Shown here piece after piece: positions 40,072 through 52,439 of a DNA stretch of 64,000 nt. A model generated the notes under the pieces. The model did not search any database, was not told the DNA's origin, and saw only the letters and a list, made by a program, of their open reading frames with translations. Position numbers and translations under genes: made by a program. The stretch lies in NCBI GenBank assembly GCA_050331735.1, contig JBHJGN010000023.1, forward strand, positions 32,001-96,000, given 5' to 3'. The DNA comes from Cyanophyceae cyanobacterium (GTDB lineage: Bacteria; Cyanobacteriota; Cyanobacteriia; Cyanobacteriales; JBHJGN01). The stretch's first letter is position 1. Each line of letters begins with the position of its first letter.

Positions 40072-41316
40072 TCATCTCATCCCAGCTTGAGCCAGTTGCG
40101 GCTTACGTCCTTTTAACCCTGTCATCAACTGAAGGGCAAACACTTTAACAGGCGGCAATGTGCGCATTGTCCACAGCCCAAGACGGCGACTGGCGACAAC
40201 AGGCAGCCAGTTATTGGAAAACGTCCGGTCAAGAAGATCGGTGAACCCTAAAATCGCTAAGTTCTCCCGCTTGCGCCAGCGTTCGTAGCGCTTCAGAACG
40301 CGAATATCGCCAATATCCTGACCGCGCTGATGCGCCGCTTGCAGAACTTGAGCCAATGCCGCCGCATCCCGAATCCCTAGATTTAACCCCTGTCCTCCTA
40401 CCGGATGGCAGCAGTGCGCCGCATCTCCTACTAAGGCGAGTCTGTGTTTAACGTAGCGATCGCTCTGCATGAGCTGCACCGGAAACACGACGCGATCGCC
40501 CGCTAGCTCTAATCGTCCCAAAAGACCGCCTGTATACTGTTCTAGCCTAGTTAGAAATTCTTGCTCATCGAGAGCCTGTAGCGCCTGCGCTTGAGCGTGA
40601 GGATTCGTCCACACTACCTGGCAGCGGTTCCCCGGTAGCGGTAATACGCCCATCGGACCGGTAGACCAGAAGCGCTCAAAGGCCGTCTCGTTTTCAGGAG
40701 CCTGATGGCGGATGGTGGTGGCGACGCAGGACTGCCAGTATTTCCAGCCGCGAGTGCGGATTCCGGCACTGGTGCGAATCTGCGATCGCGCTCCATCGGC
40801 TCCGACAACTAATTTGGCGCGTAGCTGCCGTTTTTCCCCGGCTTGGCTGACCGTCAGCCAAGCCCACTCCTCGTACTTAACTCCGACCACTTCCGCCGGA
40901 CACAGCCAGCTAATATTTGAGCAGTGAGCTGTAGTTTCCTGGAGAGCCGAGAGCAGCACCCGATGTTCGGCGACGTATCCTAGGAACTCTCGGCCTAAGT
41001 CATCTGTGTTAAATACAACTCCTGCGCGGTCGGAGTCAGACAGGTGAATGCGCCGAAACTGAGCAATGTGGGGCCGCATCTTGCCCCACACCCCTAATCC
41101 TTCATAGATGAGGCCAGAGAGAACCGTAATGGCATAAGCTTGTCTACGCGAAATGGCTACTGCCAGGGGCTTTGCTTCAATGATTGCGATCTTCAATCCA
41201 GTTTCCTTCAAGGCCACTGCTAACGTTGCACCAACAATTCCGCCACCCACAATGGCGATATCATATATGTCTTCGCTCTGTTCCTGACTAAGCGGACTTA
41301 GCTGCTCCAGCGTCAT
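40072..41316 (-). CDS. FAD-dependent hydroxylase (UbiH/COQ6 family)
   Basis: IVGGGIVG, GADGARS, GDAAHCCHPVGGQGLNLG. Confidence 0.92.
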   Translation of the reverse strand: MTLEQLSPLSQEQSEDIYDIAIVGGGIVGATLAVALKETGLKIAIIEAKPLAVAISRRQAYAITVLSGLIYEGLGVWGKMRPHIAQFRRIHLSDSDRAGVVFNTDDLGREFLGYVAEHRVLLSALQETTAHCSNISWLCPAEVVGVKYEEWAWLTVSQAGEKRQLRAKLVVGADGARSQIRTSAGIRTRGWKYWQSCVATTIRHQAPENETAFERFWSTGPMGVLPLPGNRCQVVWTNPHAQAQALQALDEQEFLTRLEQYTGGLLGRLELAGDRVVFPVQLMQSDRYVKHRLALVGDAAHCCHPVGGQGLNLGIRDAAALAQVLQAAHQRGQDIGDIRVLKRYERWRKRENLAILGFTDLLDRTFSNNWLPVVASRRLGLWTMRTLPPVKVFALQLMTGLKGRKPQLAQAGMR

Positions 41317-41528
41317 TTTTAACGTTTCTTAAGAAAAAGACAAAAAAGTTTAACCTACTTTTATTGTGACGCGAACAGCCTCGACGATCAAGGAGAAAAC
41401 CAAAGAAAAGAAGCCTGGCTGCCAGTCGTCATGATTGCCTGAACCACACCCATTTAACTCACCAAATTATTACCGCTCCGGCAACGCCAGCAAAGATAGC
41501 TCTTCGATCAGGTCAAGCAGAGAAAGAA

Positions 41529-41711
41529 CTACTGGCCAAACTCTCGCCGCGCTGATTCGACCACTTCGACGGTAATTTCATCAGCTTGAGCAGACCGTGC
41601 TAACTGTTCAATCCGCTGACGCGCTTGAGAGCGAACAAAAAAGGGAATATTTTTGAGCTTAGCTTCTGCTTCCGGTGTCCAGCGTGGCGTATCGCTATCA
41701 AAGTCGCTCAT
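41529..41711 (-). CDS. Stand-alone PCP_red domain protein (ChlB C-terminal-like)
   Basis: [23 protein letters not shown]. Confidence 0.85.
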   Translation of the reverse strand: MSDFDSDTPRWTPEAEAKLKNIPFFVRSQARQRIEQLARSAQADEITVEVVESARREFGQ

Positions 41712-41929
41712 TGCTCATCAGCTCTCAACTTTAGTATCGGTTACTTCAATCGTACTGCTTCTTTACGGCAAGACAAAAGGACAACAGCAATTCTTAATCC
41801 TGATCGATTGGCAAGCGATCGCTTTTTAGTCACCTTCAAAGTCGTTGATCAACACAGCAAGACAGGAGAATTTCGTTAAGCTCAAAGAAGATCATTGATG
41901 AAAGCTCAATTATTAATTCTCTGCAATTT

Positions 41930-44224
41930 ATGCTCCAGGTTCCCCCAAAAGACAGTGTCGCTCAGCTAGAAACAGCTACCTTGGACGTCGGCGGCATGAA
42001 GTGTGCCGGATGCGTTAAGTCTGTGGAGCGTCAACTCACTCAAAATCCTGGCGTGACCTCTGCTTGCGTGAATTTAGTCACGGAGGTGGCTGTCGTTCAG
42101 TACGAAGCCGGAACCACTGAGCCAGAAGCTTTGGCTGAGACTCTCTCTGCTAGTGGTTTTCCCTCTCAGGTGCGCACGGCTGACAGAGTGAAGCCGCCTT
42201 CAGAACGTTGTCAGCAGAATCAACGGCAGCTTCAGCTCCTGGTTGTAGCGGGAGTGCTGCTGTTTTTTTCAGCGTTGGGTCACTGGAATCATTTTGGCGG
42301 TCCGTCTCTCCCGGTACTGAGTAGCGTTTGGTTTCACTGGGGGTTAGCCACGCTCGCGCTGGTGTTTCCCGGTCGTTCCCTTCTCAGTGATGGCTGGCAG
42401 GGCTTGAGCCACGGCATGCCCAACATGAATACGCTGGTAGGCTTGGGAACCGTTAGTGCTTATTTAGCAAGCTGTGTAGGGCTGCTCTTTCCCCAAAGTG
42501 GGTGGGAATGCTTTTTTGATGAGCCAGTTATGCTGTTGGGCTTTATTTTATTAGGTCGAACTTTAGAGGCCAGAGCCAGGGGGCAAGCGTCCGCCGCCTT
42601 AGAAGCGTTGGTTTCTTTGCAGCCACCGCTGGCTCGTTTGATCAATCACCCTGAAGTGAATGCAGAGTCAGGGATTCAAATTCCTGTTGAGCAAGTTCGT
42701 CCGGGTGAGTGGGTCCAGGTGCTGCCGGGGGAGAAAATACCGGTAGATGGAGAAATCGTAGCTGGACAAACGGCGGTCGATGAATCAATGCTGACCGGAG
42801 AATCGATTCCCGCTGTCAAAGTGCCGGGAGATCCGGTAGTGGCGGGAACGATCAATCAGTCAGGAGCGATCGCCCTTGAGATCACCCGCATCGGTAACGA
42901 TACCACTCTGGCTAAGATTATTGCTTCTGTAGAAGAGGCGCAAACCCGCAAAGCGCCCGTTCAGCAGTTAGCCGATACGGTCGCCGGGTACTTTGCCTAT
43001 GGTGTGATGGCAGTGGCAACGGTCACGTTTTTATTCTGGTACTTCGCTGGAACTAGAATTTGGTCGGAGGTCAGCTTGGTAGCGGCGATGGGGCACGGGT
43101 CAGCGACTTCACCGCTGCTGCTCAGTCTGAAGTTAGCGATCACCGTTTTGGTGGTTGCCTGCCCCTGCGCCCTCGGTTTGGCGACCCCAACTGCCATTCT
43201 CGTTGGAACCGGAATCGGCGCTGAGCGCGGCATTTTAATTAAGGGCGGCGATATTCTAGAACGAGTGCATCAGCTTCAAACCGTGGTTTTCGATAAAACG
43301 GGAACGCTCACCGTCGGTCATCCCGCCGTCACCGACTGTTTGCCGATTTCCCTTCGTGTAGAGCGTCTACTTCAGCTAGCTGCCACCGCCGAAAGCGCCA
43401 CCAATCATCCCCTGGCGGCGGCGATTGTTGAGGCGGCCAGAGAGCGGAAACTACCGCTGTTAGAGGCCAGGGATTTCATCACCGAACCCGGATTAGGAGT
43501 CTCGGCTCTCGTGGCCGGAGAACGGGTCTGGCTTGGTACAGAAGACTGGCTGCACCAGCAGCAGATTGCCATTCCTGCGGAGGTCGAACAGCAGGCCCAG
43601 GCGTGGGCAAGAGAGGGGAAAACCGTGGTTTATATTGCCCTCGAAACTACATTGGTCGGGTTGGTAGCTCTTCAAGACCGGCTGCGTGACGATGCGCCAG
43701 CAATGGTTGAGCGTCTTCAGAGCATGGGGCTAGAGGTGGTGCTGCTCACCGGAGACCGCCAGGAGGTCGCCGAGGCGATCGCCCGTCCGCTGAATATTTC
43801 CCGTGTTTTTGCGGCGGTGAAGCCTACTCAAAAAGCTGAAACAATTCAGGCTTTGCAGGCAGAACAGGTTGTGGCCATGGTTGGAGACGGCATCAACGAT
43901 GCTCCGGCCCTGGCGCAGGCTGATATCGGCATTGCTTTGCAAGGCGGAACCGATGTCGCCATCGAGACAGCAGACATTGTATTGATGCGCAGTCTGCTAG
44001 ATGTAGTGGAGTCGATTCAGCTCAGCTTAGCGACTTTCCATAAAATTCGCCAAAATCTCTTTTGGGCGCTGGGATACAATGCGATCGCCATTCCTCTTGC
44101 GGCTGGGTTGCTGCTGCCCCGGTTTGGTATTATGTTGAATCCCGCTGCTGCTGCTGCATCGATGGCTGCCAGCTCAGTCATCGTGGTCACTAATTCTCTC
44201 CTGCTGCGCCGTCGTTTTCAATAA
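41930..44224 (+). CDS. ctaA: Copper-translocating P1B-type ATPase
   Basis: [34 protein letters not shown]. Confidence 0.88.
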   Translation: MLQVPPKDSVAQLETATLDVGGMKCAGCVKSVERQLTQNPGVTSACVNLVTEVAVVQYEAGTTEPEALAETLSASGFPSQVRTADRVKPPSERCQQNQRQLQLLVVAGVLLFFSALGHWNHFGGPSLPVLSSVWFHWGLATLALVFPGRSLLSDGWQGLSHGMPNMNTLVGLGTVSAYLASCVGLLFPQSGWECFFDEPVMLLGFILLGRTLEARARGQASAALEALVSLQPPLARLINHPEVNAESGIQIPVEQVRPGEWVQVLPGEKIPVDGEIVAGQTAVDESMLTGESIPAVKVPGDPVVAGTINQSGAIALEITRIGNDTTLAKIIASVEEAQTRKAPVQQLADTVAGYFAYGVMAVATVTFLFWYFAGTRIWSEVSLVAAMGHGSATSPLLLSLKLAITVLVVACPCALGLATPTAILVGTGIGAERGILIKGGDILERVHQLQTVVFDKTGTLTVGHPAVTDCLPISLRVERLLQLAATAESATNHPLAAAIVEAARERKLPLLEARDFITEPGLGVSALVAGERVWLGTEDWLHQQQIAIPAEVEQQAQAWAREGKTVVYIALETTLVGLVALQDRLRDDAPAMVERLQSMGLEVVLLTGDRQEVAEAIARPLNISRVFAAVKPTQKAETIQALQAEQVVAMVGDGINDAPALAQADIGIALQGGTDVAIETADIVLMRSLLDVVESIQLSLATFHKIRQNLFWALGYNAIAIPLAAGLLLPRFGIMLNPAAAAASMAASSVIVVTNSLLLRRRFQ

Positions 44225-44312
44225 CCAACCGAATTTGACGAATCTCTTTATTGGTCGATGCTCTTTTTTTGGGTACGTTTAAATCACTGTTACTTCTGTC
44301 AGAAGCGCTCTT

Positions 44313-44756
44313 ATGAATGCGAAGTCCGTCAAACCCAATGAAGGACATTTCCTCATCATTGAAGACGACAAAGGAAAGAACGTAGTGCCGTTACGTCAGG
44401 TCCAGTATGCTGTCGGAAGAGCCAAAGAGTGTGATATTCGCATCCGTTCTCAGTTTGTCTCTCGCCGCCACGCCACCCTATTGAGGCGCTGGCGGAAGAA
44501 CGGTAAGGCTTACTATCAGATCATTGATGGAGATTCCCAAGGAAATCCCAGCGTTAATGGTCTGCTGGTTAACGGTCACAAAGTTTCTGCTTGCGACTTG
44601 GAGAACGGAGACACAATTATCTTTGGCCCTCAAGCCTCTGCCGTGTATCAGCTACGCCGCTACGATCTCTTTCCTACATTGCCAACGGAGGATCCCTCCT
44701 TTGATATTACGCTCATCGATCCCGCCATGATGAATGACCAGGACGAGCTATCATAA
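44313..44756 (+). CDS. FHA domain protein
   Basis: VGR, FVSRRHATL, SVNG, DITLIDP. Confidence 0.88.
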   Translation: MNAKSVKPNEGHFLIIEDDKGKNVVPLRQVQYAVGRAKECDIRIRSQFVSRRHATLLRRWRKNGKAYYQIIDGDSQGNPSVNGLLVNGHKVSACDLENGDTIIFGPQASAVYQLRRYDLFPTLPTEDPSFDITLIDPAMMNDQDELS

Positions 44757-44759
44757 AGC

Positions 44760-45104
44760 TTAGCTGGTTAGCTCCACAAGCTGCCAGTGGCAGTTTTCCG
44801 CAATGGACTTCTGAATAAGCTCAAACATTTGCTGACAGTGATTGTTGAGCTGTAGGGCTAGTTCTTCATTCTTAACGACCAAGTTGACCAGGATTTCTTC
44901 ACTCGTGGCGGCGGTGGCATCAATGAGCACTTCTACCGTCACTAGTTTAGTAAAGGAAACTTGTCCCGGCACTTCCTGCGCCATCATGTAGTCGCTCGTT
45001 TGATAAATCGTCTCAAAATTGCAGGTCTGTAAAATTTCCACCAGTGATGGCTGTAAATCTTCAAAAGAAGTTTGGGTCGTATATGAGCACGTATAGCGAG
45101 CCAT
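44760..45104 (-). CDS. Conserved cyanobacterial hypothetical protein
   Basis: MARYTC..DYMMAQEVPGQVSFTKLVTVEVLID..KNEEL..NNHC. Confidence 0.75.
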   Translation of the reverse strand: MARYTCSYTTQTSFEDLQPSLVEILQTCNFETIYQTSDYMMAQEVPGQVSFTKLVTVEVLIDATAATSEEILVNLVVKNEELALQLNNHCQQMFELIQKSIAENCHWQLVELTS

Positions 45105-45175
45105 ATTCTGTTAGCAATAAACTTTTTTCTCTATCTTAGTCTGGACAACAAATAAGGTTACGAGGACTGATTAAT

Positions 45176-46177
45176 TTGCCAGATTCTTTCAACGAGCTGA
45201 TTGGGCAAAATGAAGCTGTTGAGCTACTCGTCCAGGCCGTTGCCTCCGGTCGAGTGGCCCCAGCCTATCTGTTTGCTGGTCCTCCTGGAGTCGGGCGGAC
45301 GTTAGCAGCACGGGAATTCAGTCAGCTTTTGTTAGCCCCAGCCGCTGCGTCTTCGGAGGAACGCTCGCTGGCGAATCATCCTGATTTTTTGTGGGTCGAG
45401 CCAACCTATACTCATCAGGGAAACTATCTCACCGCTAGCCAAGCTGCCCAAGCCGGACTGAATCGTAAAGCCCCGCCTCAAATTCGGATTGAACAGGTGC
45501 GAGACGTAGCCCGATTTCTGAGCCGTCCTCCGCTGGAAGCCTCTCGCTCGGTTGTGGTGATTGAAGAGGCCCAGGCAATGACAGAAGCCGCCGCTAATGG
45601 CTTGCTCAAGACCTTAGAAGAACCCGGACAGGCAACAATTATTCTCATTGCGCCGGGAACCGATGCCCTCTTACCGACGTTGGTATCTCGGTGTCAGCAG
45701 ATTCCCTTTCGTCGCCTTAGTCGGAGGCATCTCCAGCAGGTTTTGCAAGCTCAAGGCAGCGAATTACAGCAGCCCTTCCTCTTAGAAATTGCTCAAGGCA
45801 GCCCTGGAGAAGCACTCGCGGCAGAGTCCCAGCTTCAGGCCATTCCCCAAAAGCTACGGCAATCTCTCCAAGCTCCGCCTCAGAGTGCCTTAGCTGCGCT
45901 TACGCTAGCGAAAACCATCGACCGAGAACTAGATACTCTGGCTCAGCTCTGGCTCCTTGACTATCTTCAGTACTGCTACTGGCATCAGTGGCGACAGAAA
46001 ACTGCCATCGAGCTGTTAGAACATGCCCGTCACTGTCTGCTCAATTTTGTTCAGCCTCGACTGGTTTGGGAAGTCACTCTTCTTCAGCTCAGCCAAAGCG
46101 CCGTCGGCGCGGGGGAAGCAGCTTGCGCTGCGGGGAAAGGGGAAACTGTCCCTGACGGGACGGGTAAAGGGAAATAA
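45176..46177 (+). CDS. holB: DNA polymerase III subunit delta'
   Basis: AYLFAGPPGVGR, NHPDFLWVEP, AANGLLKTLEEP, LLPTLVSRCQ. Confidence 0.92.
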   Translation: MPDSFNELIGQNEAVELLVQAVASGRVAPAYLFAGPPGVGRTLAAREFSQLLLAPAAASSEERSLANHPDFLWVEPTYTHQGNYLTASQAAQAGLNRKAPPQIRIEQVRDVARFLSRPPLEASRSVVVIEEAQAMTEAAANGLLKTLEEPGQATIILIAPGTDALLPTLVSRCQQIPFRRLSRRHLQQVLQAQGSELQQPFLLEIAQGSPGEALAAESQLQAIPQKLRQSLQAPPQSALAALTLAKTIDRELDTLAQLWLLDYLQYCYWHQWRQKTAIELLEHARHCLLNFVQPRLVWEVTLLQLSQSAVGAGEAACAAGKGETVPDGTGKGK

Positions 46178-46276
46178 GCCGCTCCGCGACGGAGTAAAGA
46201 ACACAGGGCCAAGAGGCCAGCTTTACCACTCCTTCCTTTTCCCGTCCCAAAGGGAATTATCCCGCGCCTTCGGCGC
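46098..46276. repeat. GGGGAAA/TTTCCC repeat cluster with six hairpin cassettes, overlapping both flanking stop codons
   Basis: Cassettes at 46098, 46118, 46148, 46178, 46244, 46264. Confidence 0.85.
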
Positions 46277-46736
46277 TTCCCCATTCCCGGTACGGATGCT
46301 TGACTAAGTTGGCGTTGAAGTATTTGGGGTCAGAAACTTCCCGAGCAATCCACTCTGGCAGGTCAATAACTTGCTCTTCGTGGGTGAGTTCGACTTCTGC
46401 CAGGATCAGCCCTTGATTTTCTCCAGCAAACTCATCGATTTCCCAGATCAGCTTGCCAAAGGGAATTTTATATCTGGTCTTCTCAATGAGGGGACGATCG
46501 CACATCTCCAGCAGCTCTAAGGCATCGGCAATGGGGATTTCGTACTCAAATTCTGAGCGAGTACTGCCCACGGTCGGACCTTTAATCGTCAAGATGCCGC
46601 GATCTCCCACAACCCGAACCCGCACAGTTTTGCCCCGGTGGGTCGAAAGATACCCCTGGCGGTAGGGGACTCCCACGGCAAGCGATCGCCAACCATCCCC
46701 TTTGACCAGAAATTTACGCTCGATTTCCGTCGCCAC
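46257..46736 (-). CDS. CYTH domain protein
   Basis: EIERKFLV, QGYL, EFEYEIP, IEKTRY, WEIDEF, AEVEL. Confidence 0.92.
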   Translation of the reverse strand: MATEIERKFLVKGDGWRSLAVGVPYRQGYLSTHRGKTVRVRVVGDRGILTIKGPTVGSTRSEFEYEIPIADALELLEMCDRPLIEKTRYKIPFGKLIWEIDEFAGENQGLILAEVELTHEEQVIDLPEWIAREVSDPKYFNANLVKHPYREWGSAEGAG

Positions 46737-46747
46737 TGATCAAGTCT

Positions 46748-47932
46748 TTAACGATCCACAGAACCCATGATAATGTCTACGCTGCCCAGAATAGCCATAA
46801 TATCGGCCACCTTTACGCCCTTGAGTAACTGCGGCACGATTTGGAGATTGTTGAAATCTGGCGGACGAATCTTCCAGCGCCAGGGAAAGACATCATTCTT
46901 CCCGACCAAAAAGATGCCTAGTTCTCCCTTGCCGGTTTCCATGCGCACGTAATGCTCTCCTTCTGGGATCTTAAACGTCGGCGGTACTCTCTTAGCGATG
47001 TACTCGTATTCAAAGTCATTCCACTGCGATTTTTTGCCTTCGGCCATGCGCTTCGCTTCCAGGTTCTCTGTCGGTCCTCCCGGCAAGCCTTTGAGCGCCT
47101 GACGAAGAATCTTGACCGACTCGCGCATCTCCCGAATGCGGACGAGGTAGCGAGCAAAGCAGTCTCCTGCCGTTTCCCAATGCACATCCCAGTCGAAGTC
47201 GTCGTAACATTCGTAGTGGTCTACCTTGCGTAGATCCCACTTCACGCCCGACCCGCGCAGCATTGGCCCCGAAAGTCCCCAGTTGATCGCCTCGTCGCGG
47301 GTAATTGTGCCCACACCTTCAACGCGGCGGCGAAAAATCGGGTTATTGGTAATTAACTTTTCGTACTCGTCTACTTTCGGAGTGAAGTAGTCGCAGAAGT
47401 CTTCGCATTTGTCGATCCAACCATAGGGTAAATCAACGGCCACTCCGCCAATGCGAAAGTAGTTATTGTTAATCAATCGCTGACCCGTGGCGGCTTCCCA
47501 CAGGTCGTAAATCATTTCCCGTTCTCGGAAGATATAAAAGAAGGGGGTTTGAGCGCCGACATCCGCCATAAATGGGCCTAGCCACAGCAGATGGTTAGCA
47601 ATGCGGTTGAGCTCAAGCATAATTACGCGGATGTACTGAGCGCGCTTTGGCACCTCAATATCCGCTAGCTGTTCTGGGGCATTAACGGTGATCGCTTCAT
47701 TAAACATTCCGGCAGCGTAGTCCCAGCGACTGACGTAGGGAACATACATAATATTGGTGCGATTTTCCGCAATTTTTTCCATGCCTCGATGCAGATACCC
47801 AATTACGGGCTCACAGTCCATTACGTCTTCGCCATCCAGGGTGACAATTAGACGCAGCACACCGTGCATCGAGGGATGATGAGGACCCATGTTGAGGACC
47901 ATGGGTTCTGTTCTCGTTTCAATCTGTGCCAT
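46748..47932 (-). CDS. ndhH: NAD(P)H-quinone oxidoreductase subunit H
   Basis: [29 protein letters not shown]. Confidence 0.97.
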   Translation of the reverse strand: MAQIETRTEPMVLNMGPHHPSMHGVLRLIVTLDGEDVMDCEPVIGYLHRGMEKIAENRTNIMYVPYVSRWDYAAGMFNEAITVNAPEQLADIEVPKRAQYIRVIMLELNRIANHLLWLGPFMADVGAQTPFFYIFREREMIYDLWEAATGQRLINNNYFRIGGVAVDLPYGWIDKCEDFCDYFTPKVDEYEKLITNNPIFRRRVEGVGTITRDEAINWGLSGPMLRGSGVKWDLRKVDHYECYDDFDWDVHWETAGDCFARYLVRIREMRESVKILRQALKGLPGGPTENLEAKRMAEGKKSQWNDFEYEYIAKRVPPTFKIPEGEHYVRMETGKGELGIFLVGKNDVFPWRWKIRPPDFNNLQIVPQLLKGVKVADIMAILGSVDIIMGSVDR

Positions 47933-48148
47933 GTAGTTTTCTTCGGAGCATCAAATACAAAAATCGAAAGTTCTTTGAACTTACAGTTTCTTTGCTGCCA
48001 ATTACTGCTGGCTGTCCAGGCAGCTATGTTTCATTTTATTAATTATAGGATAAGTCTTTCCCCACGAACGTGAGTTTAGACGTTCCTTGCCAGCCTGTGC
48101 TCGATGGCTCACCGTTCTTAGACCGGCTCGGTTGAGGATAGACAAAAC

Positions 48149-48172
48149 GGGACGACTGCTCGTCGTCGTCCC
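48149..48172 (-). terminator. Intrinsic terminator of ftsH2
   Basis: GGGACGAC/GTCGTCCC 8-bp stem followed by GTTTT on the minus strand. Confidence 0.6.
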
Positions 48173-48202
48173 TGCTTATTTCAAGCTGAACTCGCTAAAA
48201 AG

Positions 48203-50086
48203 CTATAGCTGCGGCACAAACCGCTCTTTCTCCGGGATGTCTACGTATTCAGAAACAATCTGACGAAACTCTTGGCCGTCGATGGTTTCTCTTTCAATGA
48301 GCAGGTCTACCAGTCGATCGATCACTTCGCGATTCTCGCGGACGATCTTTCTGGCCATGTTGTGTCCCTGCTCGGCAATTTCGCGCACCTGCGCATCGAT
48401 TAGGGCCGCTACTTCCTCAGAATACTCCGAGCGATTCATCAGGCCGCCACCGAGGAATACCTCTCCTTCCTGTCCTTCTAGAGAGAGAGGACCGAGGTCG
48501 CTCATGCCGAAGCGAGTCACCATCTGACGGGCCATGTTTGTCACCTGCTGAAGGTCGCCGCCAGCGCCGGTGGTCACCTCATCTTCTCCAAAGATTTCTT
48601 CTTCTGCGGCGCGACCGCCCATCGCACCGGCAATGCGGGCGAGGAGCTGAGAGCGGCTGGTTAATCCCTGCTCTTCTTCTGGGGTGAACCAGGTTAGTCC
48701 GCGAGCCTGTCCTCTGGGAATCAGCGTTACCTTCTGAACCGGATCGTGATCTTTGACGAGGGTTCCGACGATCGCATGACCGACTTCGTGATAGGCGATC
48801 AGTCGCTTGCTCTTGCTGTCTACTAGGGGCGTTCCTTCCATGCCCGCAATCACGCGATCCACCGCATCGTCGATTTCGAGCATGGTCATGGCTTCTTTAC
48901 GGCGACGGGCCGTGAGAATGGCCGCTTCATTGAGCAGGTTTGCTAAATCGGCTCCGGTAAAGCCGGGAGTGCGACGGGCGATCGCCTCGAGGGAAACTTC
49001 GGGGGCGATTTTCTTGTTGCGGGCGTGGACCTCTAAAATCTTGATGCGTCCTTTGAGGTCAGGAGCATCGACAATTACCTGACGGTCGAAGCGTCCGGGG
49101 CGCAGCAGGGCAGAATCGAGGACATCGGGACGGTTGGTAGCGGCAATAATAATAATGCCCGTGTTGCCCTCAAAGCCATCCATTTCGGTGAGGAGCTGGT
49201 TGAGGGTTTGCTCCCGTTCGTCGTTACCGCCGCCGATGCCGGCTCCACGCTGACGACCCACGGCATCGATCTCGTCGATGAAGATCAGGCAAGGGGCGTT
49301 TTCCTTGGCTTTTTTAAACAGATCGCGCACCCGCGAGGCTCCAACTCCGACAAACATCTCCACAAACTCCGAACCAGAGATGCTAAAGAAAGGCACTCCG
49401 GCTTCTCCGGCGATCGCTTTGGCGAGCAGTGTTTTACCGGTTCCCGGAGGACCGACGAGTAACACTCCTTTGGGAATTCTTGCTCCTACCGCCGTAAAGC
49501 GTTCTGGCTGTTTTAAAAAGGTGACGACTTCCTGAAGTTCCTCTTTCGCTTCGTCAATGCCGGCCACGTCATCAAACATCACTCCCGTTTCCGCTTCCAT
49601 CTGAAAGCGAGCGCGGGACTTGCCAAAGTTCATCGCCTGACCGGGACCACCAGGGATGTTGCTGGAGCGGCGAAACAGGAAAAAGAGAGCTCCAATCAGT
49701 AAGATTGGAAAAATGAGATTGCCCACAAATCCCCACAGCGCTCCATCGTTGCGGATCGGGTGGGAATCCAAGCTCACGTCTGCTTCGCGTAGCTTAGCGA
49801 TTAGCTCTGGAGAGTTCCCTGGCAGATCGACGCGCAATTTTTGCAGGCGATTATCTAACTCGGGATCGACAGCTTGGACAATGGCGGTTCGTCCTCCATC
49901 GTAGAGATCGACGCTTCTCACTCGGTCTGCGTCTAAATACTCCAAAAAGCGCCCGTAGGTCATGCGCGTATTGGCCGCATTTCCTCCCAGGTCACCCGTT
50001 GGAGCGAAAGTGCCTTGCCAGAGAAAGAAGCCGATGACTAAAGCGGGTAGAGTCCAGAGTAGGATTGTTCTCCAAGAAAATTTCAT
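48203..50086 (-). CDS. ftsH2: ATP-dependent zinc metalloprotease FtsH2
   Basis: MKFSWR N-terminus, [24 protein letters not shown]; 627 aa. Confidence 0.93.
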   Translation of the reverse strand: MKFSWRTILLWTLPALVIGFFLWQGTFAPTGDLGGNAANTRMTYGRFLEYLDADRVRSVDLYDGGRTAIVQAVDPELDNRLQKLRVDLPGNSPELIAKLREADVSLDSHPIRNDGALWGFVGNLIFPILLIGALFFLFRRSSNIPGGPGQAMNFGKSRARFQMEAETGVMFDDVAGIDEAKEELQEVVTFLKQPERFTAVGARIPKGVLLVGPPGTGKTLLAKAIAGEAGVPFFSISGSEFVEMFVGVGASRVRDLFKKAKENAPCLIFIDEIDAVGRQRGAGIGGGNDEREQTLNQLLTEMDGFEGNTGIIIIAATNRPDVLDSALLRPGRFDRQVIVDAPDLKGRIKILEVHARNKKIAPEVSLEAIARRTPGFTGADLANLLNEAAILTARRRKEAMTMLEIDDAVDRVIAGMEGTPLVDSKSKRLIAYHEVGHAIVGTLVKDHDPVQKVTLIPRGQARGLTWFTPEEEQGLTSRSQLLARIAGAMGGRAAEEEIFGEDEVTTGAGGDLQQVTNMARQMVTRFGMSDLGPLSLEGQEGEVFLGGGLMNRSEYSEEVAALIDAQVREIAEQGHNMARKIVRENREVIDRLVDLLIERETIDGQEFRQIVSEYVDIPEKERFVPQL

Positions 50087-50372
50087 AGGATTAGTATCCC
50101 CTAAATTGAATAAAAACTAGAGAAGTGTTCTCCAGTTGGGGCTGAAGAGCACCAGGCTACGTTCTTGAAAAATATTTTTACTTATCTTATTGTTCTTTTT
50201 TTGTCAAGAAAATTTGTAGCAATTTTAAGCAAGAAGGGCAGTTAAACCTGCTTCTCTTAATTAAATTTAACTTAATTCTCAGATTTCTGACAACTGAAGC
50301 GAATCGTCATCACCTCAGTCGTTAGTCTTTTGAGGAAGCCAGTTAAAAATAGAGAGCCTCATAACTAAAGAA

Positions 50373-50416
50373 CGCATCCCCTAACCTCGACTGACTCAAT
50401 GGGAATGGGGGATGCG
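50373..50416 (-). terminator. Hairpin downstream of petH
   Basis: CGCATCCCC/GGGGATGCG 9-bp IR followed by TTCTTT on the minus strand. Confidence 0.5.
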
Positions 50417-50489
50417 CTGTTAATGTTTTCTATTCGCTAACTGCGCTAGAACGAAATTAGTAATTAGTAATAATTGGCCAACAGTCTAC

Positions 50490-51719
<1,230 letters not shown>

Positions 51720-52127
51720 TCAGGACATCGGCTGCAATCCTTTCTGATTTCTCCTAATGTCCGTATATGTGCTCAGATCGATGGCTGCTGACTGTTCTAG
51801 CGCTCAGGTTAGAGACAGATAGAGCGTTCATCTGTGCTGTTTTGATGATCCTAAGCCTATCATTGTCCGAGGCTCTACTGATAACCAATTGGGATGACCC
51901 TGGCACGGAGAATAGGCGAATTTGTAAACTGCCCTGGCTTAAGAATAAAGAGAGAATAAACAAAAATCTGTCATCGTTGCATCAATTTGTTTGTTTATTG
52001 GTAGGCCAATACCCGATAGGATAGATAACTAGATGCACCAAACTACTCTGCTGCGCTTTAGTCTTGTAGAGGGTATGGGGTTCTGGTAAAATTCATGGCA
52101 GTACTTAGGAACTAAACGTTCACGTTA

Positions 52128-52217
52128 GCCAGTTTCTCGCCCTTCGGGTATCTCCTCCGGAGACGCTCCACGAACGGCAGCTATTCCTGGGAAAGCCCCC
52201 AACACACTGCACTCACC
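52128..52217. repeat. Nested short dispersed repeat in the petH-prk spacer
   Basis: CCCTTCGGG-TA-TCTCC-TCC-GGAGA-CGCTCCACGAAC; same tail as the insert at 25412-25437. Confidence 0.6.
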
Positions 52218-52439
52218 GTTGCAGGGCGCGGGCAAACTTCGCCGGAGGCAAGTTTGGCTTCCGGAAGAAGTTCCAGGTGCTACGTTTAGCAAGCTAAATA
52301 CCTATCTAAAGCTTGGTATGACAATCGCTGCTTTCTGCCTAGGAAAGAGTGAGGAAATTAAGAGTAGTTTGCTGGTTCTACTAGGTGAGCCTGCCAAATT
52401 CGATAAATTTAGCAATTAGTTTTTTATTTAGAGGGAGCT

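Noticed and set aside
51767..52419. Short ORFs in the petH-prk spacer
   Set aside because: No motifs or clear RBS; region is better explained as divergent promoters/UTRs plus a repeat
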